This document shows positions 7,969 to 18,200 of a stretch of DNA of 58,960 nucleotides, one piece after another. The DNA comes from a virus: IMG/VR virus record IMGVR_UViG_3300029422_000005; one strand, written 5' to 3'. Each line of letters starts with the position of its first letter. Positions within the stretch are counted from its first letter, which is position 1. Position numbers and translations under genes: made by a program. The notes beneath the pieces were generated by a model that saw only the letters and a list, made by a program, of their open reading frames with translations, ran no database searches and was not told the origin of the DNA.

Positions 7969-8046
7969 GTTGCATTAGCTCAGTATGGCTAGAGCATTCG
8001 GCTCATAACCGGACATACATTGGTTCAAATCCATTATGCAGCACCA
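7969..8046 (+). tRNA. tRNA with CAT anticodon (Met elongator type, or Ile2 if lysidinylated), CCA encoded
   Basis: Hand-folded cloverleaf: acceptor gttgcat/atgcagc, D arm gctc-agtatggcta-gagc, anticodon arm ttcgg-ctCATaa-ccgga, variable loop catac, T arm attgg-ttcaaat-ccatt, then A-CCA. Confidence 0.85.
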
Positions 8047-8206
8047 AAATTGCAGCCCAACATCTGTCCGACAGCAGAATGAAACAGCTGCAATGGTTTC
8101 TCTAGGCGGAGAATAGCACGGCTGGAAGTGCGAACAGTTTCCCAGCAGCTTCTAACAGGTCTGTGCTCAACAGCCTGTTTCCAGGAATATTAGGAAAGGA
8201 GCGCAG

Positions 8207-8395
8207 ATGAAAGCAAAAGTCAGATGCAAGCATCCCCGCGAGGACGCAAACGGAAATCCGTGCGATTGCGGACGTTACCTTGGTGAAGTGGAAGGCAAGT
8301 TCTCTCTTCTGTGCCCTCTTTGCCATTGGATTACAATTGGAGATTCCAACTTTCCAAAAGATACATGGGTCTCCGTACCAAAGTTCAAAAACTGA
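8207..8395 (+). CDS. Small zinc-ribbon protein (Com-like?)
   Basis: AAAGGAG RBS. Cys pairs in VRCKH...CDCGRYLGEVEGKFSLLCPLCHW. Confidence 0.45.
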   Translation: MKAKVRCKHPREDANGNPCDCGRYLGEVEGKFSLLCPLCHWITIGDSNFPKDTWVSVPKFKN

Positions 8396-8487
8396 ATAGC
8401 TTTTGAAGCGCAGTTGTAAGCGCAGTGAGATAGACCTTAACAGGTTTGTCTTGCTGCGCTTTTTATTTTGCCGGAAAGGAGGAACGC

Positions 8488-10011
8488 ATGGCTGAGTATC
8501 AGACGGTTGTTGGTGGCTTTTTGAATGAGCCGCTAACCGGGCGTAGACCGATTGAAACGCCGGAGACGGAAATCAATCGGTCAAACGTGCTGAAAGTGGT
8601 CATGGGCAAGGCAGAGCCTATTCATCTGCTGAACAAGAACGAGATTCGCTTTTTGCACAACTACTACTTGGGCAGTCAGCCTGTCCTCCACCGCACGAAG
8701 GAGTACCACGCTGAAATCACCAATCGTATTGTAGAGAACCATGCCAACGAGTGCGTGGGCTTCTACACCGGCTACATGAGCGGCACCCCTTGCTCTTATG
8801 TGCGGTCTGAAACGGCAACTGGTGACGGTGAGGAAATTGCCCGCCTGTCCAACGCTTTGCAGTATGAGGGCAAGGATGCGCTTGATCGGCGGCTTTGGCA
8901 GTGGATGTTGGAGTGTGGGCAGGGATACCGCATCGCTCTTCCTGACAAGGGGTACAACGGCAACTACCCGGACGAAACGCCACTGCTGGTGGATGTTCCC
9001 AACCCGGATATGGCGTATGTGATTTACAACTCCGGCATCGGTCACAAGCCTATCGCCAACGTTCTGCACATCCCGCGCAATTATCAGAATGACCTGAACG
9101 ACCTGATTTGCGTGTATACATCGAACCAGTACTTTGAAATCGACAACGGCAAGGTTACAAAGTCTGAGAATCACTCTCTGGGAATGCTACCGATGGTCGA
9201 ATACAAGCTGAACCCGGAGCGAATGGGCTTGTTTGAACCGGCAATCCCTGTGCTGGATGCCATCAACGACCTTGAAAGCAACCGTTTGGACGGCGTGGCA
9301 CAGTTTATCCAGTCCATCATGGTGTTTACCAACTGCCTTGTGGACAAGGATGCTCTCGACCAAGTAAAAGAGCTTGGTGCAATGTGCCTGAAATCAACTT
9401 CTGGTTTGCCCGCTTCTGTGTCGCAGATTGCAAACGAGCTTGACCAGCAGCAGAGCCAGACCCTGCTTGATTCCATGTTGAACGTGTACCGCAGTCTGAC
9501 TGCCATGCCTAGTGCCACTGGCAGCGAGAACTCAACGTCTGACAACGTGGGCGCAGTTATCGTCCGCAACGGCTGGAATCACACCGAAGCAAGGGCGCAG
9601 CAGTACGAGAATATGTTCAAGTTTTCGGAACGCCAAAGCCTGTCTGTGATGCTGAAAATCTTGCGTGATACGGCTGGTTCTAAGTTGATGGCAAGTGACA
9701 TCAACATCAAACTGCCGCGCCGTCAGTATGACAACCAGCAGAGCAAGGTTCAGATTTTTGCACAGATGCTTAGTCAGAGCATTGACCCGCAGTTGGCGTT
9801 CACTACGCCCGGTCTGTTCCCTGACCCGCAGGCTGCTTACGAAATGAGCAAGCCATTCCTAATTGCCGCTGGCAAGCTGGGTGAGGATGGGAAAGCGCCG
9901 AAACCGCAGGAACAGCCGACAGACCATATTGTTGACGCTAACAAAATGGTTGGCAAACAAGCCGAGATAAAAAACGGAGAAAAAAATGGTGAAACAGGCT
10001 CTTCATACTGA
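8488..10011 (+). CDS. Portal protein (SPP1 gp6-like)
   Basis: GGAAAGGAGG RBS before the ATG at 8488. About 507 aa, positioned after TerL, with an acidic/basic C-terminal tail. Confidence 0.85.
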   Translation: MAEYQTVVGGFLNEPLTGRRPIETPETEINRSNVLKVVMGKAEPIHLLNKNEIRFLHNYYLGSQPVLHRTKEYHAEITNRIVENHANECVGFYTGYMSGTPCSYVRSETATGDGEEIARLSNALQYEGKDALDRRLWQWMLECGQGYRIALPDKGYNGNYPDETPLLVDVPNPDMAYVIYNSGIGHKPIANVLHIPRNYQNDLNDLICVYTSNQYFEIDNGKVTKSENHSLGMLPMVEYKLNPERMGLFEPAIPVLDAINDLESNRLDGVAQFIQSIMVFTNCLVDKDALDQVKELGAMCLKSTSGLPASVSQIANELDQQQSQTLLDSMLNVYRSLTAMPSATGSENSTSDNVGAVIVRNGWNHTEARAQQYENMFKFSERQSLSVMLKILRDTAGSKLMASDINIKLPRRQYDNQQSKVQIFAQMLSQSIDPQLAFTTPGLFPDPQAAYEMSKPFLIAAGKLGEDGKAPKPQEQPTDHIVDANKMVGKQAEIKNGEKNGETGSSY

Positions 10012-10153
10012 CGATGAGATTTCCAATGTGATGCTTCTTCTCTCAAAAATGAGAGAAGAATGTGCCGATGATGGCGAGTATACAAAAGAAAAAAAGCACA
10101 AAGCTATCGATTGGGCTCTGTACGGGCTTGGCAATATTCCAGTAACCGACTAA
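9986..10153 (+). CDS. Hypothetical small protein (55 aa) overlapping the portal 3' end
   Basis: GGAG 7 nt before the ATG at 9986. MVKQALHTDDEISNVMLLLSKMREECADDGEYTKEKKHKAIDWALYGLGNIPVTD. Confidence 0.35.
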   Translation: MVKQALHTDDEISNVMLLLSKMREECADDGEYTKEKKHKAIDWALYGLGNIPVTD

Positions 10154-10263
10154 AAATCATCCCGAATTTTCGGGCTGATATATTCCGGCAGGGAAGCCGG
10201 GATATAAATTTCGCAGCGTTGCAGGGAAGCAACGGTAAAAAAACGCAGGAGGAAATTAACGAT

Positions 10264-10845
10264 ATGAAACTCAATGTGTTGCTTGGTGATGCCTACAAAG
10301 AGGGCATGACCGCCGATGAAATCATTTCTGCGCTTGAAAAGGTTGCAGACCCTAGCGCAGAGGTTGAGAAGCTGCGCAACGCCGTGACGAAAGCCAATGG
10401 CGAAGCTGCTGAGTACAAGAAGCAGCTCAAGGCAAAGCGCACCGATGACGAGAATGCCGCGCAGGAACAGGCTGACAAGCTGGCAGAGATGCAGAAGCAG
10501 ATTGAAGCTTTGACTGCCGACAAGGAGAACCTCGTCAAGGAAAAGACCCTTGCATCTTACCGTGAGAAGTTTGTTGCACAGGGTTATGACGCTGAACTTG
10601 CCAACAAGGCTGCATCTGCACTGGCTGACGGTGATATGGACAAGGTTTTTAAATTCCAGTCGGAGTTTATGACCGCCCATGACACCGCATACAAGGCTTC
10701 CCTGCTGAAGGATATGCCCACGCCTCCGGGTGCGGACGGCAAGGGCGGTTCTGACAGTGATGGCGTGGCGTTTGCTAAGAGCCTTGCACAGCAGAACGCA
10801 AATACCTCTAAGGCATCGAGTGACGCAATGAGTGCTTTCCATTAA
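10264..10845 (+). CDS. Capsid scaffolding protein
   Basis: GCAGGAGG RBS. Coiled-coil, Ala/Lys/Glu-rich 193-aa protein between portal and capsid genes. Confidence 0.75.
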   Translation: MKLNVLLGDAYKEGMTADEIISALEKVADPSAEVEKLRNAVTKANGEAAEYKKQLKAKRTDDENAAQEQADKLAEMQKQIEALTADKENLVKEKTLASYREKFVAQGYDAELANKAASALADGDMDKVFKFQSEFMTAHDTAYKASLLKDMPTPPGADGKGGSDSDGVAFAKSLAQQNANTSKASSDAMSAFH

Positions 10846-10858
10846 CAAGGAGGAAAAC

Positions 10859-11227
10859 ATGAAGTTTACCAGAAACACGGTCAACGGAATCAACGATACC
10901 ATCCTTGCTTCCAATGACTACACCGCCATTCCTTTTACCGTGACCGAAACTGCTGCGGTTAAGGCTGGCTATCCCATGACGCTGGCTGGCAAGAAAGCTG
11001 TTGCTGCTGGCGAGACTGGTTCTAAGACCATCAACGCTGACGGCATCCTGCTGTATGACGTTGACCCGGCAGAGAACCCCAACGCTTCCCTGCTGATTCG
11101 TGGTGTTATCGACACCAAGAAGGCAGCAGCAAGTTCCAGTTTCACCTTTGACGCTGACGCAATCAAGGCACTCAAGACCGCCGTCCCCGGCATCTTCTGC
11201 CGTGACAACATCAGCGTGAACGCTTAA
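10859..11227 (+). CDS. Head-associated protein (decoration-like), 122 aa
   Basis: AAGGAGG RBS. Lies between the scaffold and major capsid genes. Function inferred from position only. Confidence 0.5.
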   Translation: MKFTRNTVNGINDTILASNDYTAIPFTVTETAAVKAGYPMTLAGKKAVAAGETGSKTINADGILLYDVDPAENPNASLLIRGVIDTKKAAASSSFTFDADAIKALKTAVPGIFCRDNISVNA

Positions 11228-11243
11228 TAGGAGGTAAAACAAC

Positions 11244-12320
11244 ATGGCACTGAATCTCAAGGAAGTCTTTGCCCCGGCTGCGATTGCCGCCTATTGGACG
11301 AATGACCCCACCAATGCGATGCCCTTTGCATCTGATGCATTGTTCCCCGCCAAGAAGAAGGCCGGTCTCGACCTGAAGTGGCTGCGTGGTCACAAGGGCA
11401 TTGGCGTGTCCCTGATGCCCAGCGCATTTGACGCAAAGGCTACGTTCCGTACCCGTGAGGGTTTCAAGTTCGATGAGACCGAGATGCCGTTTTTCCGTGA
11501 GGGCTACCATCTGGGCGAGAAAGACCGTCAAGAAATCCTGCGTGTTCTGGACAGCAATGACCCCTATGCCCGTGATGTGATGAACCGTCTGTACGATGAC
11601 ACCGCACAGCTTATCACTGGCGCGCGTATCGTTCCTGAGCGCATGATCTGGCAGCTGCTGGCTCCCACCAATGGCGTTCCCGGCATCACCATCAAGGCAA
11701 ACGGTGTGAACTACACCTACAACTACGACCCGGACGGCACTTGGAAGACCACCAACTACAAGGAAGTCTCTGTCGCAAAGTCCAAGTGGAACGTCACCAC
11801 CGCTACCCCCATTGCTGACCTGAATGCCGCAAAGGACGCTGTTCTGGCAAGCGTTGGCGAGGTCGTGACTGAGGTGTACATGAACACCGCCACCTTCCGC
11901 AACATGATTGCTGCGGACGAGGTGAAGAATCGGTTTATGACCGTCACCGCAAAGGCAAACGCAGTTCTGCTGGATACCGAAGCACGGCAGATTATCGAAT
12001 CCGCAACTGGGCTGACCATCCATCTGTACGACAAGATGTTCAAGGCAGACCAGTACAGCGCAAGCGAGAAGTATCTGCCTGACGGCATGGTGGTGGTTGC
12101 TCCTTCCGGCGCTCTGGGCAGCACTTGGTACGGCACTACCCCCGAGGAAGCTGACCTGCTGTCTGGTCAGTCTGGTGCATCCGTGTCCATCGTAAACACT
12201 GGTGTTGCCATCACCACTGAGCTGACCATTCACCCGGTCAACGCCAACGTCTATGCTTCCGAAATCGTCCTGCCGTCCTTTGAGCGCATGGACGCTGTGT
12301 ACTGTATCAAGGCTTACTAA
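11244..12320 (+). CDS. Major capsid protein (protein E-like family)
   Basis: TAGGAGG RBS. N-terminus ...DALFPAKKKAGLDLKWLRGHKG... is typical of the E-type MCP. 358 aa. Confidence 0.85.
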   Translation: MALNLKEVFAPAAIAAYWTNDPTNAMPFASDALFPAKKKAGLDLKWLRGHKGIGVSLMPSAFDAKATFRTREGFKFDETEMPFFREGYHLGEKDRQEILRVLDSNDPYARDVMNRLYDDTAQLITGARIVPERMIWQLLAPTNGVPGITIKANGVNYTYNYDPDGTWKTTNYKEVSVAKSKWNVTTATPIADLNAAKDAVLASVGEVVTEVYMNTATFRNMIAADEVKNRFMTVTAKANAVLLDTEARQIIESATGLTIHLYDKMFKADQYSASEKYLPDGMVVVAPSGALGSTWYGTTPEEADLLSGQSGASVSIVNTGVAITTELTIHPVNANVYASEIVLPSFERMDAVYCIKAY

Positions 12321-12340
12321 GGCGAAAGGAGGAAAGCAGC

Positions 12341-12685
12341 ATGGGAGACCAGTATTCCGAAGCGGCAGTCAAACTGGGACAGTACATCTCCCCTGCACTT
12401 GACCGTGAAATCACGGACGAGGACTACCCACTCTTCGACCTGCTGCTTGATTTTGCCAAAGACAAGATATTTGCACAGGGCTACCCATTCGGCAACAGGC
12501 CGGACGAGTTGCCCTTGCAGTATCAGTCGTTGCAGATACGCATTGCAGCGGAACTGTACAACCATATCGGCGCAAACGGACAGACGAGCTATACCAACAA
12601 CGGCATTACTCGTGTGTGGGAAAGTTCCGATGTGGCACAGTCCCTGCTAAATGAAGTAGTTCCGAGAGTAGGTGTTATCGGCTGA
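12341..12685 (+). CDS. Head-tail connector (gp6-like) protein
   Basis: AAAGGAGG RBS. Size and position immediately after the MCP. Confidence 0.6.
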   Translation: MGDQYSEAAVKLGQYISPALDREITDEDYPLFDLLLDFAKDKIFAQGYPFGNRPDELPLQYQSLQIRIAAELYNHIGANGQTSYTNNGITRVWESSDVAQSLLNEVVPRVGVIG

Positions 12686-13059
12686 TGTTTAATGGAAGCC
12701 CGCTGGATAAGCGCCCGCTGTGGTACTCAAACCCGGTTGGCGGAAAAACGCCTGTTGTTGACGAGTGGGGAAACGAAACCGGCGAAACATCGCAGACGTG
12801 GAGTGACCCAGCAAAGCTGATGCTGAACGTCAGCCCGCCTACTGGTTCTGCGGAAGCAAACCCTTTTGGAGCGTTTACGGATTATAGCTACGTTGTCAGT
12901 TCGTCCAGCAAAAAGCGCAATACACCGCTTTATGAAGGCACACACGTCTGGTTTCAGACAGACGTTTCAAAGCCCTTCAATTTCACTGTGGCCAAGGTTG
13001 CAGAGCATATCACGGATACGCTGTATGCGCTGAAAGAGGTGGCTGCAAGTGAAAATTAA
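12685..13059 (+). CDS. Head closure / head-tail adaptor protein (by position)
   Basis: ATG overlaps the upstream stop (TGATG). 124 aa. Confidence 0.5.
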   Translation: MFNGSPLDKRPLWYSNPVGGKTPVVDEWGNETGETSQTWSDPAKLMLNVSPPTGSAEANPFGAFTDYSYVVSSSSKKRNTPLYEGTHVWFQTDVSKPFNFTVAKVAEHITDTLYALKEVAASEN

Positions 13060-13570
13060 AGTGAGGTTGAGCGATGCTGGACTTCGTGATGCGGAACGTC
13101 AGATACAGGAGTACAAGGCCACCCTGAACAAAAAGGCTAGAGCGCTTGCTTTTCGTCTTTCTTGGCTGGGGCTTGAAGTCGCAAAGATACGTTTTGCTAA
13201 CGCGCAATACGCTGGTTCCAATGACGTGAAATGCCACATCAACCAAAAAGACAAGACTTGTACCATCGTTGCAGAGGGCAAGGCGGTTGCTTTTATCGAG
13301 TTTGGCACTGGCATACATCACAACGGATATGGCGGTGAACTACCGCCCGGTATTGGCGCGCATGGCTCTTACGGCAAAGGGCAAGGCGCAAACCGCAGAT
13401 GGTACTACTACGGCGAATCCGGCAATGCTGGCACGCCTGTCAAACAGGTGGATGGAAAAGGTCAGTTGAATTACACCGATGGCAACGAACCAGCTATGGC
13501 TATGTGGGGAGCTGTTGAGGAAATGGCTTCTCAAGTCGAAGCAACGTGGAGGGAGGTTTGGAATAGTTGA
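13049..13570 (+). CDS. HK97 gp10-like neck/tail-completion protein
   Basis: GTG start. ...AVAFIEFGTGIHHN... resembles the gp10 family. Position in the connector block. Confidence 0.55.
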   Translation: MKIKVRLSDAGLRDAERQIQEYKATLNKKARALAFRLSWLGLEVAKIRFANAQYAGSNDVKCHINQKDKTCTIVAEGKAVAFIEFGTGIHHNGYGGELPPGIGAHGSYGKGQGANRRWYYYGESGNAGTPVKQVDGKGQLNYTDGNEPAMAMWGAVEEMASQVEATWREVWNS

Positions 13571-13968
13571 TCGATTATCTCAATTCTATCTTCACGGCTG
13601 TTGCTAAGGAACTGCGAAAGCAAGTGCCCGGCATCTTCGTTACTGGTGAAATCAATGATAGCAACGTCAAGAAGTTTCCGTGTGTGCAGATAGAGGAAAA
13701 CAGCAATCTTCCTGTACACATTGATTCTGCTGGTCACAGCAAGTACGCTGCCGTTTCCCTGCGTGTGCGTGTCTACTCCAACAAGAACACCGGGCGCATT
13801 GCAGAAGCACGTTCCATCGTTGGAATCGTGGATTCTGTTCTTGAACCGCTTAAATTTTATCGCAAATCGTTTGCCCCGTTGAATGGGCTGTATAACAATT
13901 CCGTCTATCGGATTGATTGCAGCTATGGGGCAACAATCGGAGAGGACGGAATGATTTACCGAAACTAA
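13567..13968 (+). CDS. Tail-completion/terminator-like protein (by position)
   Basis: TTG start overlapping the upstream stop. 133 aa, immediately before the major tail gene. Confidence 0.5.
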   Translation: MIDYLNSIFTAVAKELRKQVPGIFVTGEINDSNVKKFPCVQIEENSNLPVHIDSAGHSKYAAVSLRVRVYSNKNTGRIAEARSIVGIVDSVLEPLKFYRKSFAPLNGLYNNSVYRIDCSYGATIGEDGMIYRN

Positions 13969-13983
13969 GGAGGTAAACATTCT

Positions 13984-14421
13984 ATGAGTACTGCTATCTC
14001 CGGTCTGAATACCACCCTGTATTGTGGCGACAGCGCAACCGCTCTGACGAAGCTGTGCGACATCAAGGATGTGCCCGACCTGATCTCTGAGCCGAACCTT
14101 CTGGATGCCACCACCTTGTCTGACCCCATGCAGGTCAACATCTTTGGCATCATCCAGAGCGACACCAAGTCTTTCACCGCCAACTACAACAAGGCTGACT
14201 ATACGAAGGTTAAGGCCGCTGGCTATGATGAAACTTCCGATAGCAACGCCGTGAAGTACTACGCCCTGAAGATGCAGGACGGCTCCGGCTTCACTTGGCA
14301 GGGCATGCATCAGGTTGGTCTGTCCGGCTTTGGCGTGGACGAGGTTGTGGAAATGACTATCAACTGCATCTTCACCAAGAAGCCTGAGTTCAGCGAGACC
14401 CTGACCGTCACTGGCGGCTAA
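13984..14421 (+). CDS. Major tail protein
   Basis: TAAGGAGG RBS. 145 aa, followed by a strong hairpin and then the chaperone and tape-measure genes. Confidence 0.75.
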   Translation: MSTAISGLNTTLYCGDSATALTKLCDIKDVPDLISEPNLLDATTLSDPMQVNIFGIIQSDTKSFTANYNKADYTKVKAAGYDETSDSNAVKYYALKMQDGSGFTWQGMHQVGLSGFGVDEVVEMTINCIFTKKPEFSETLTVTGG

Positions 14422-14447
14422 ACCGCAAAAATCGAATCAATCAAACC

Positions 14448-14480
14448 GGGCAGAACTGAACAACGGATTTGGTTCTGCCC
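14448..14480 (+). terminator. Hairpin gggcagaac/gttctgccc after the major tail gene (partial terminator/attenuator)
   Basis: Perfect 9-bp stem read directly from the sequence. Confidence 0.6.
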
Positions 14481-14505
14481 CTATTTATAAAGGAGAGCAT
14501 TTATT

Positions 14506-14853
14506 ATGGCTGCTAAGGTTATCAACTTTCATTCCCCTGATGGCAAGAACACTTACGAGCTGACTTTCACCCGTGACAGCGTGGAAGCCACCGAACGCGC
14601 AGGCTTTCAGATTGGCCAGTACACCCAGATGACCAATCTGCTGTCCAACTCCCGCGCCCTGTTCTACGGCGCTTTCATCGCACGAAACAAGGGCATCAAG
14701 CGCAAGGTTGTGGACGAGATGTTCCAGCACATCGAGGATAAGGAAGACCTGATGGGCGTTCTGCTTGAAATGTTCGTGGACGCTTCCAAGTCCCTGCTGG
14801 CAACTGACACTGAGGACAAGACCGCAAAAAACGCAACGTGGGAGATTGTGTAA
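14506..14853 (+). CDS. Tail assembly chaperone (G-like)
   Basis: AAAGGAG RBS. 115 aa directly upstream of the tape measure gene. Contains a slippery heptamer near its 3' end. Confidence 0.8.
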   Translation: MAAKVINFHSPDGKNTYELTFTRDSVEATERAGFQIGQYTQMTNLLSNSRALFYGAFIARNKGIKRKVVDEMFQHIEDKEDLMGVLLEMFVDASKSLLATDTEDKTAKNATWEIV

Positions 14854-15260
14854 CTGCACAATCTCAGGAAGCGGACGGAGAGGGAGAGCCATTTTCCTTC
14901 TCCAAGCTGTTTCACGATGTAGAAGCCTATTACATCTCCATCGGCATGACCTACGACCAGTTTTGGCACGGCGATGTCTGGCTGGCGAAGGTCTACCGTG
15001 ACGCAGAGGAACTGCGGGAACGCAGAGCCAATGCTGAAGCGTGGAGAAACGGCTTTTACATGGCATCTGCGCTTTCCTCTACGGTTGGCAATATGTTCCG
15101 AAAGAAAGGGTCTAGCCCCATCAAGTACATGGATAGACCGATTCCCCTTACTCAAAAGGAGAAAGACGAGTATGAATACCAACGCGCAGTTGAGGCGCAG
15201 GAGCGAATCAAGAGAATGATGTTCTCTATGATGGAAAGTGATGGTGGTAGTGATGGCTGA
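14506..15260 (+). CDS. Tail assembly chaperone -1 frameshift product (GT-like)
   Basis: A -1 slip on A_AAA_AAC (14826-14832) joins the zero frame to the open -1 frame, which reads ...KKRNVGDCVTAQSQEADGE... and ends at 15260. Confidence 0.7.
14826..14832 (+). promoter_or_regulatory. Programmed -1 ribosomal frameshift slippery heptamer AAAAAAC
   Basis: Zero-frame codons are gcA AAA AAC. The -1 frame is open from here to 15260. Confidence 0.7.
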
Positions 15261-18200
15261 TGTTGATATTACAAGCTTATCCGTAGAGATTTCTGCGGAA
15301 TCGCAGGGCGCAGAGCTTAATATCGACAAGCTCGCTACCGCCATTTCTAATTTGCGGACGAAAGGCAACGTCACAAAGGTTGTAAATAGCCTTGATAAGC
15401 TGGCTGGTTCCATTGCAGCGCTGAAACAGGCATCCGCTGGAATGTCCGGGCTGGACAAAATCACCAGCTTTCTGAATGGGCTTTCCAACGTCAACACGAC
15501 CGCAAGCGCAAAGAGCATCAACACGGTCGTGAACGCAATCAAGAAGATTCCTGCGGCGGTGTCTGGCTTGAACGGAACGGATTACTATGCTCTGAAAGAC
15601 AACATCAGAGAGGTTGCAAATGGTCTTTCACAGTTATCTATTTTGGATGCTGGAAATCTCAAATCCGTTGGAAGCGCTCTCAATGCGTTTGGAAAAATTC
15701 CAGAGCTGACAAACAAACTTGACCAAAAAACTCTTGACGCATTTGCTGTCGCTTGCGAAAAAATCTCAACTTCTCTTACTCCTCTTGCGTCTCAGCTTGA
15801 CAAGGTGGGCAACGCTTTTGCAAAGCTCCCTCCGCAGTTGAGTAAGGTTGTGACACAGGCCAACCGTGTGACCGCGGCCAACGAAAAGCAGCGCAAGAGC
15901 TATCTCAGTCTGTCCAATCAGATGAACGGCTTTATGCGAAACATGGCAAAGCTGGTCTCGCTGAAAGCTATCGCTGAGTATCTTGGCAACGCTGTTGCGA
16001 AGTTTAATGACTTTTACGAAGCAACAGACCTGTTCCATAATGCTATGGGCAATTTGAGCGGTGAAGCTGATACGCTAATTAGCAAGATGCAAGGCTTGCT
16101 TGGCGTTGACCCGACCAAAGCGATGACCTACATGGCTACCATCCAGAGCTTGGGTACTTCGTTTGGTCTGACCAGCGACAAAGCATACATTCTGTCCAAG
16201 AACCTGACCCAGCTTGCCTATGACGAAGGTTCCTATTGGAACAAGGACGTTGCAGAAACCTTTACCGCAATGTCCTCCGCAATCTCTGGTGAGATTGAGC
16301 CTATTCGCCGTTTGGGCATTGAACTGACTCAGGCGCGGTTACAGCAGGAGCTTCTGGCCTTAGGCTTTAACAAGCAGGTTTCTAGTTTGTCTCAGGCAGA
16401 TAAGGCGGTTCTGCGTTACATTGCCATTATGAAGCAGACTGCCAACGTGCAGGGCAACCTTGCACAGACCATCCAAAGCCCTGCGAACCAGATTAAGATT
16501 CTGAAAGCTCAGCTGGATATGCTGGCGAAGTCTGTTGGCTCTCTGCTCTACCCTGCCCTGAAATCCATTCTTCCCCCGCTGATTGCCGCCGTACAGCTCA
16601 TTCGAGAGTTCGTTGAGTGGGTGGCAAAGCTGATGGGTGTTAAGGTCGTGTTCACTGATTTCACTAAGAGCGCTGACAGTGTTGGCGGCATCAGCGACGC
16701 AATGGACGAAACAACCGATTCGACAAAGAAAGCCGCCAAAGCCCTCAAGGACTACACGATGGGCTTTGATGAACTGAACATCATTGACCCAACGCAGGGA
16801 AGCTCCGGCTCTGGCGGCGGCGCATATGCTGGCAATATCTTGGGCGATGTAGACCTGTCCGGCTACGATATGTTCAAGAACTATGTCGGCAACGCTGTGG
16901 ATGAAATCAAGGAAAAGCTACGCAAACTTGCTCCTATTGTTGCTGCTATCGGCGCCGGTTTTGCCGCATGGGCTATCGGGAATGCGCTTCTTACTGCGTT
17001 GAAAGACACTCATGATTGGGCATACAAGCTCGGGAAAATCGTTGGTGGTCTTAATCCAGAGCTATTTCTAGTAGCCGGGACGGTCGCCCTTATCGTTGGT
17101 CGATTTGTTCAACTTTATCAAAACAGCGAAAATTTCCGGCAAGGTTTAGCCCGTATCAAAGATTTGATTTACCTTGCGGGTCTTGGGTTTACGCAAGGCT
17201 GGAATATTTCTTTGACCGATGGGAAACTTGGCGAGTCTATCAAATGGCTAAAAGAAGCCCTTTCTAATCTCGGTCAAGCGATTTGGAATTTGATTCCTGA
17301 GGGATGGCAGGAGAAAATCTCTACTGCATTCGAGACAATTCAAAAAGTCGTCAAAGACCTTGACCTCGATTTGGGCGATTTGGTCATGACACTTATCGGA
17401 ATCGGTTTGACTATTAGCGGGCATCCCGTTGCTGGCCTTGCAGTTCTTGGCTTCGAAGCTATCTCTGTCGCCGTGCGTGGTCTTGGCAGCGAAAGCGAAG
17501 CAGAAGCATTTCAGCTGAAATCCGATTGGCACGATGCTTTCGTAAATTTCGGCACGATTGCGGCCGAAACAGTAGCAGACATCATAACTGCTCTCGGAAA
17601 TCTTATCAATGATTTTGCAATTCTTATCGGATGGATTGAAAATGGCGTTTCTGAAACGGAAATGCTCGACATCCAGATGAATGGAAATTTTCTTGAAGGT
17701 GCAATCGCGTCTCTTGCGCAAGTTATCCACGACATGGGCGTGTTCATTGGATGGATTATTAAAGGCGTAGACGAATCAGACCGCCTTGCCATCGCCGCCA
17801 ATGGAAACTTTGCGGAAAAATTTGTTCTCTTGATTGCTGATGTAATCAATGGAATCAAAGACGCTGTAACGTGGTTTGGAAAACTGATTGATAAAGTTTC
17901 TAAGTTTAATCCGTTAAGCGTTGGCAAAAACATTATTGATGGCATCACAAAGGGCATTACAGGAAACACCAATGTTTCAAACGACGCGGCTAAACAGCTC
18001 ACGGATGGAATTAAGAAAACTGCTCAAGATGAGCTTGATATCCACTCCCCGTCTAAGTGGTTCGAGCAAATCGGCGTTTATGTTGACCAGGGCCTTGCAA
18101 ACGGCATCACCGCCGCTCAAGGCTATGTTGATGCAGCCATGCAAGGGGTCATCAATGGTGCGACCAATGCTGGAAACCAGTTCATCGAACGGGGCAAGCA

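Noticed and set aside
11211-12233. 340-aa minus-strand ORF antisense to the major capsid gene
   Set aside because: Shadow of a GC-rich coding region. No start context, and the capsid frame has clear family motifs.
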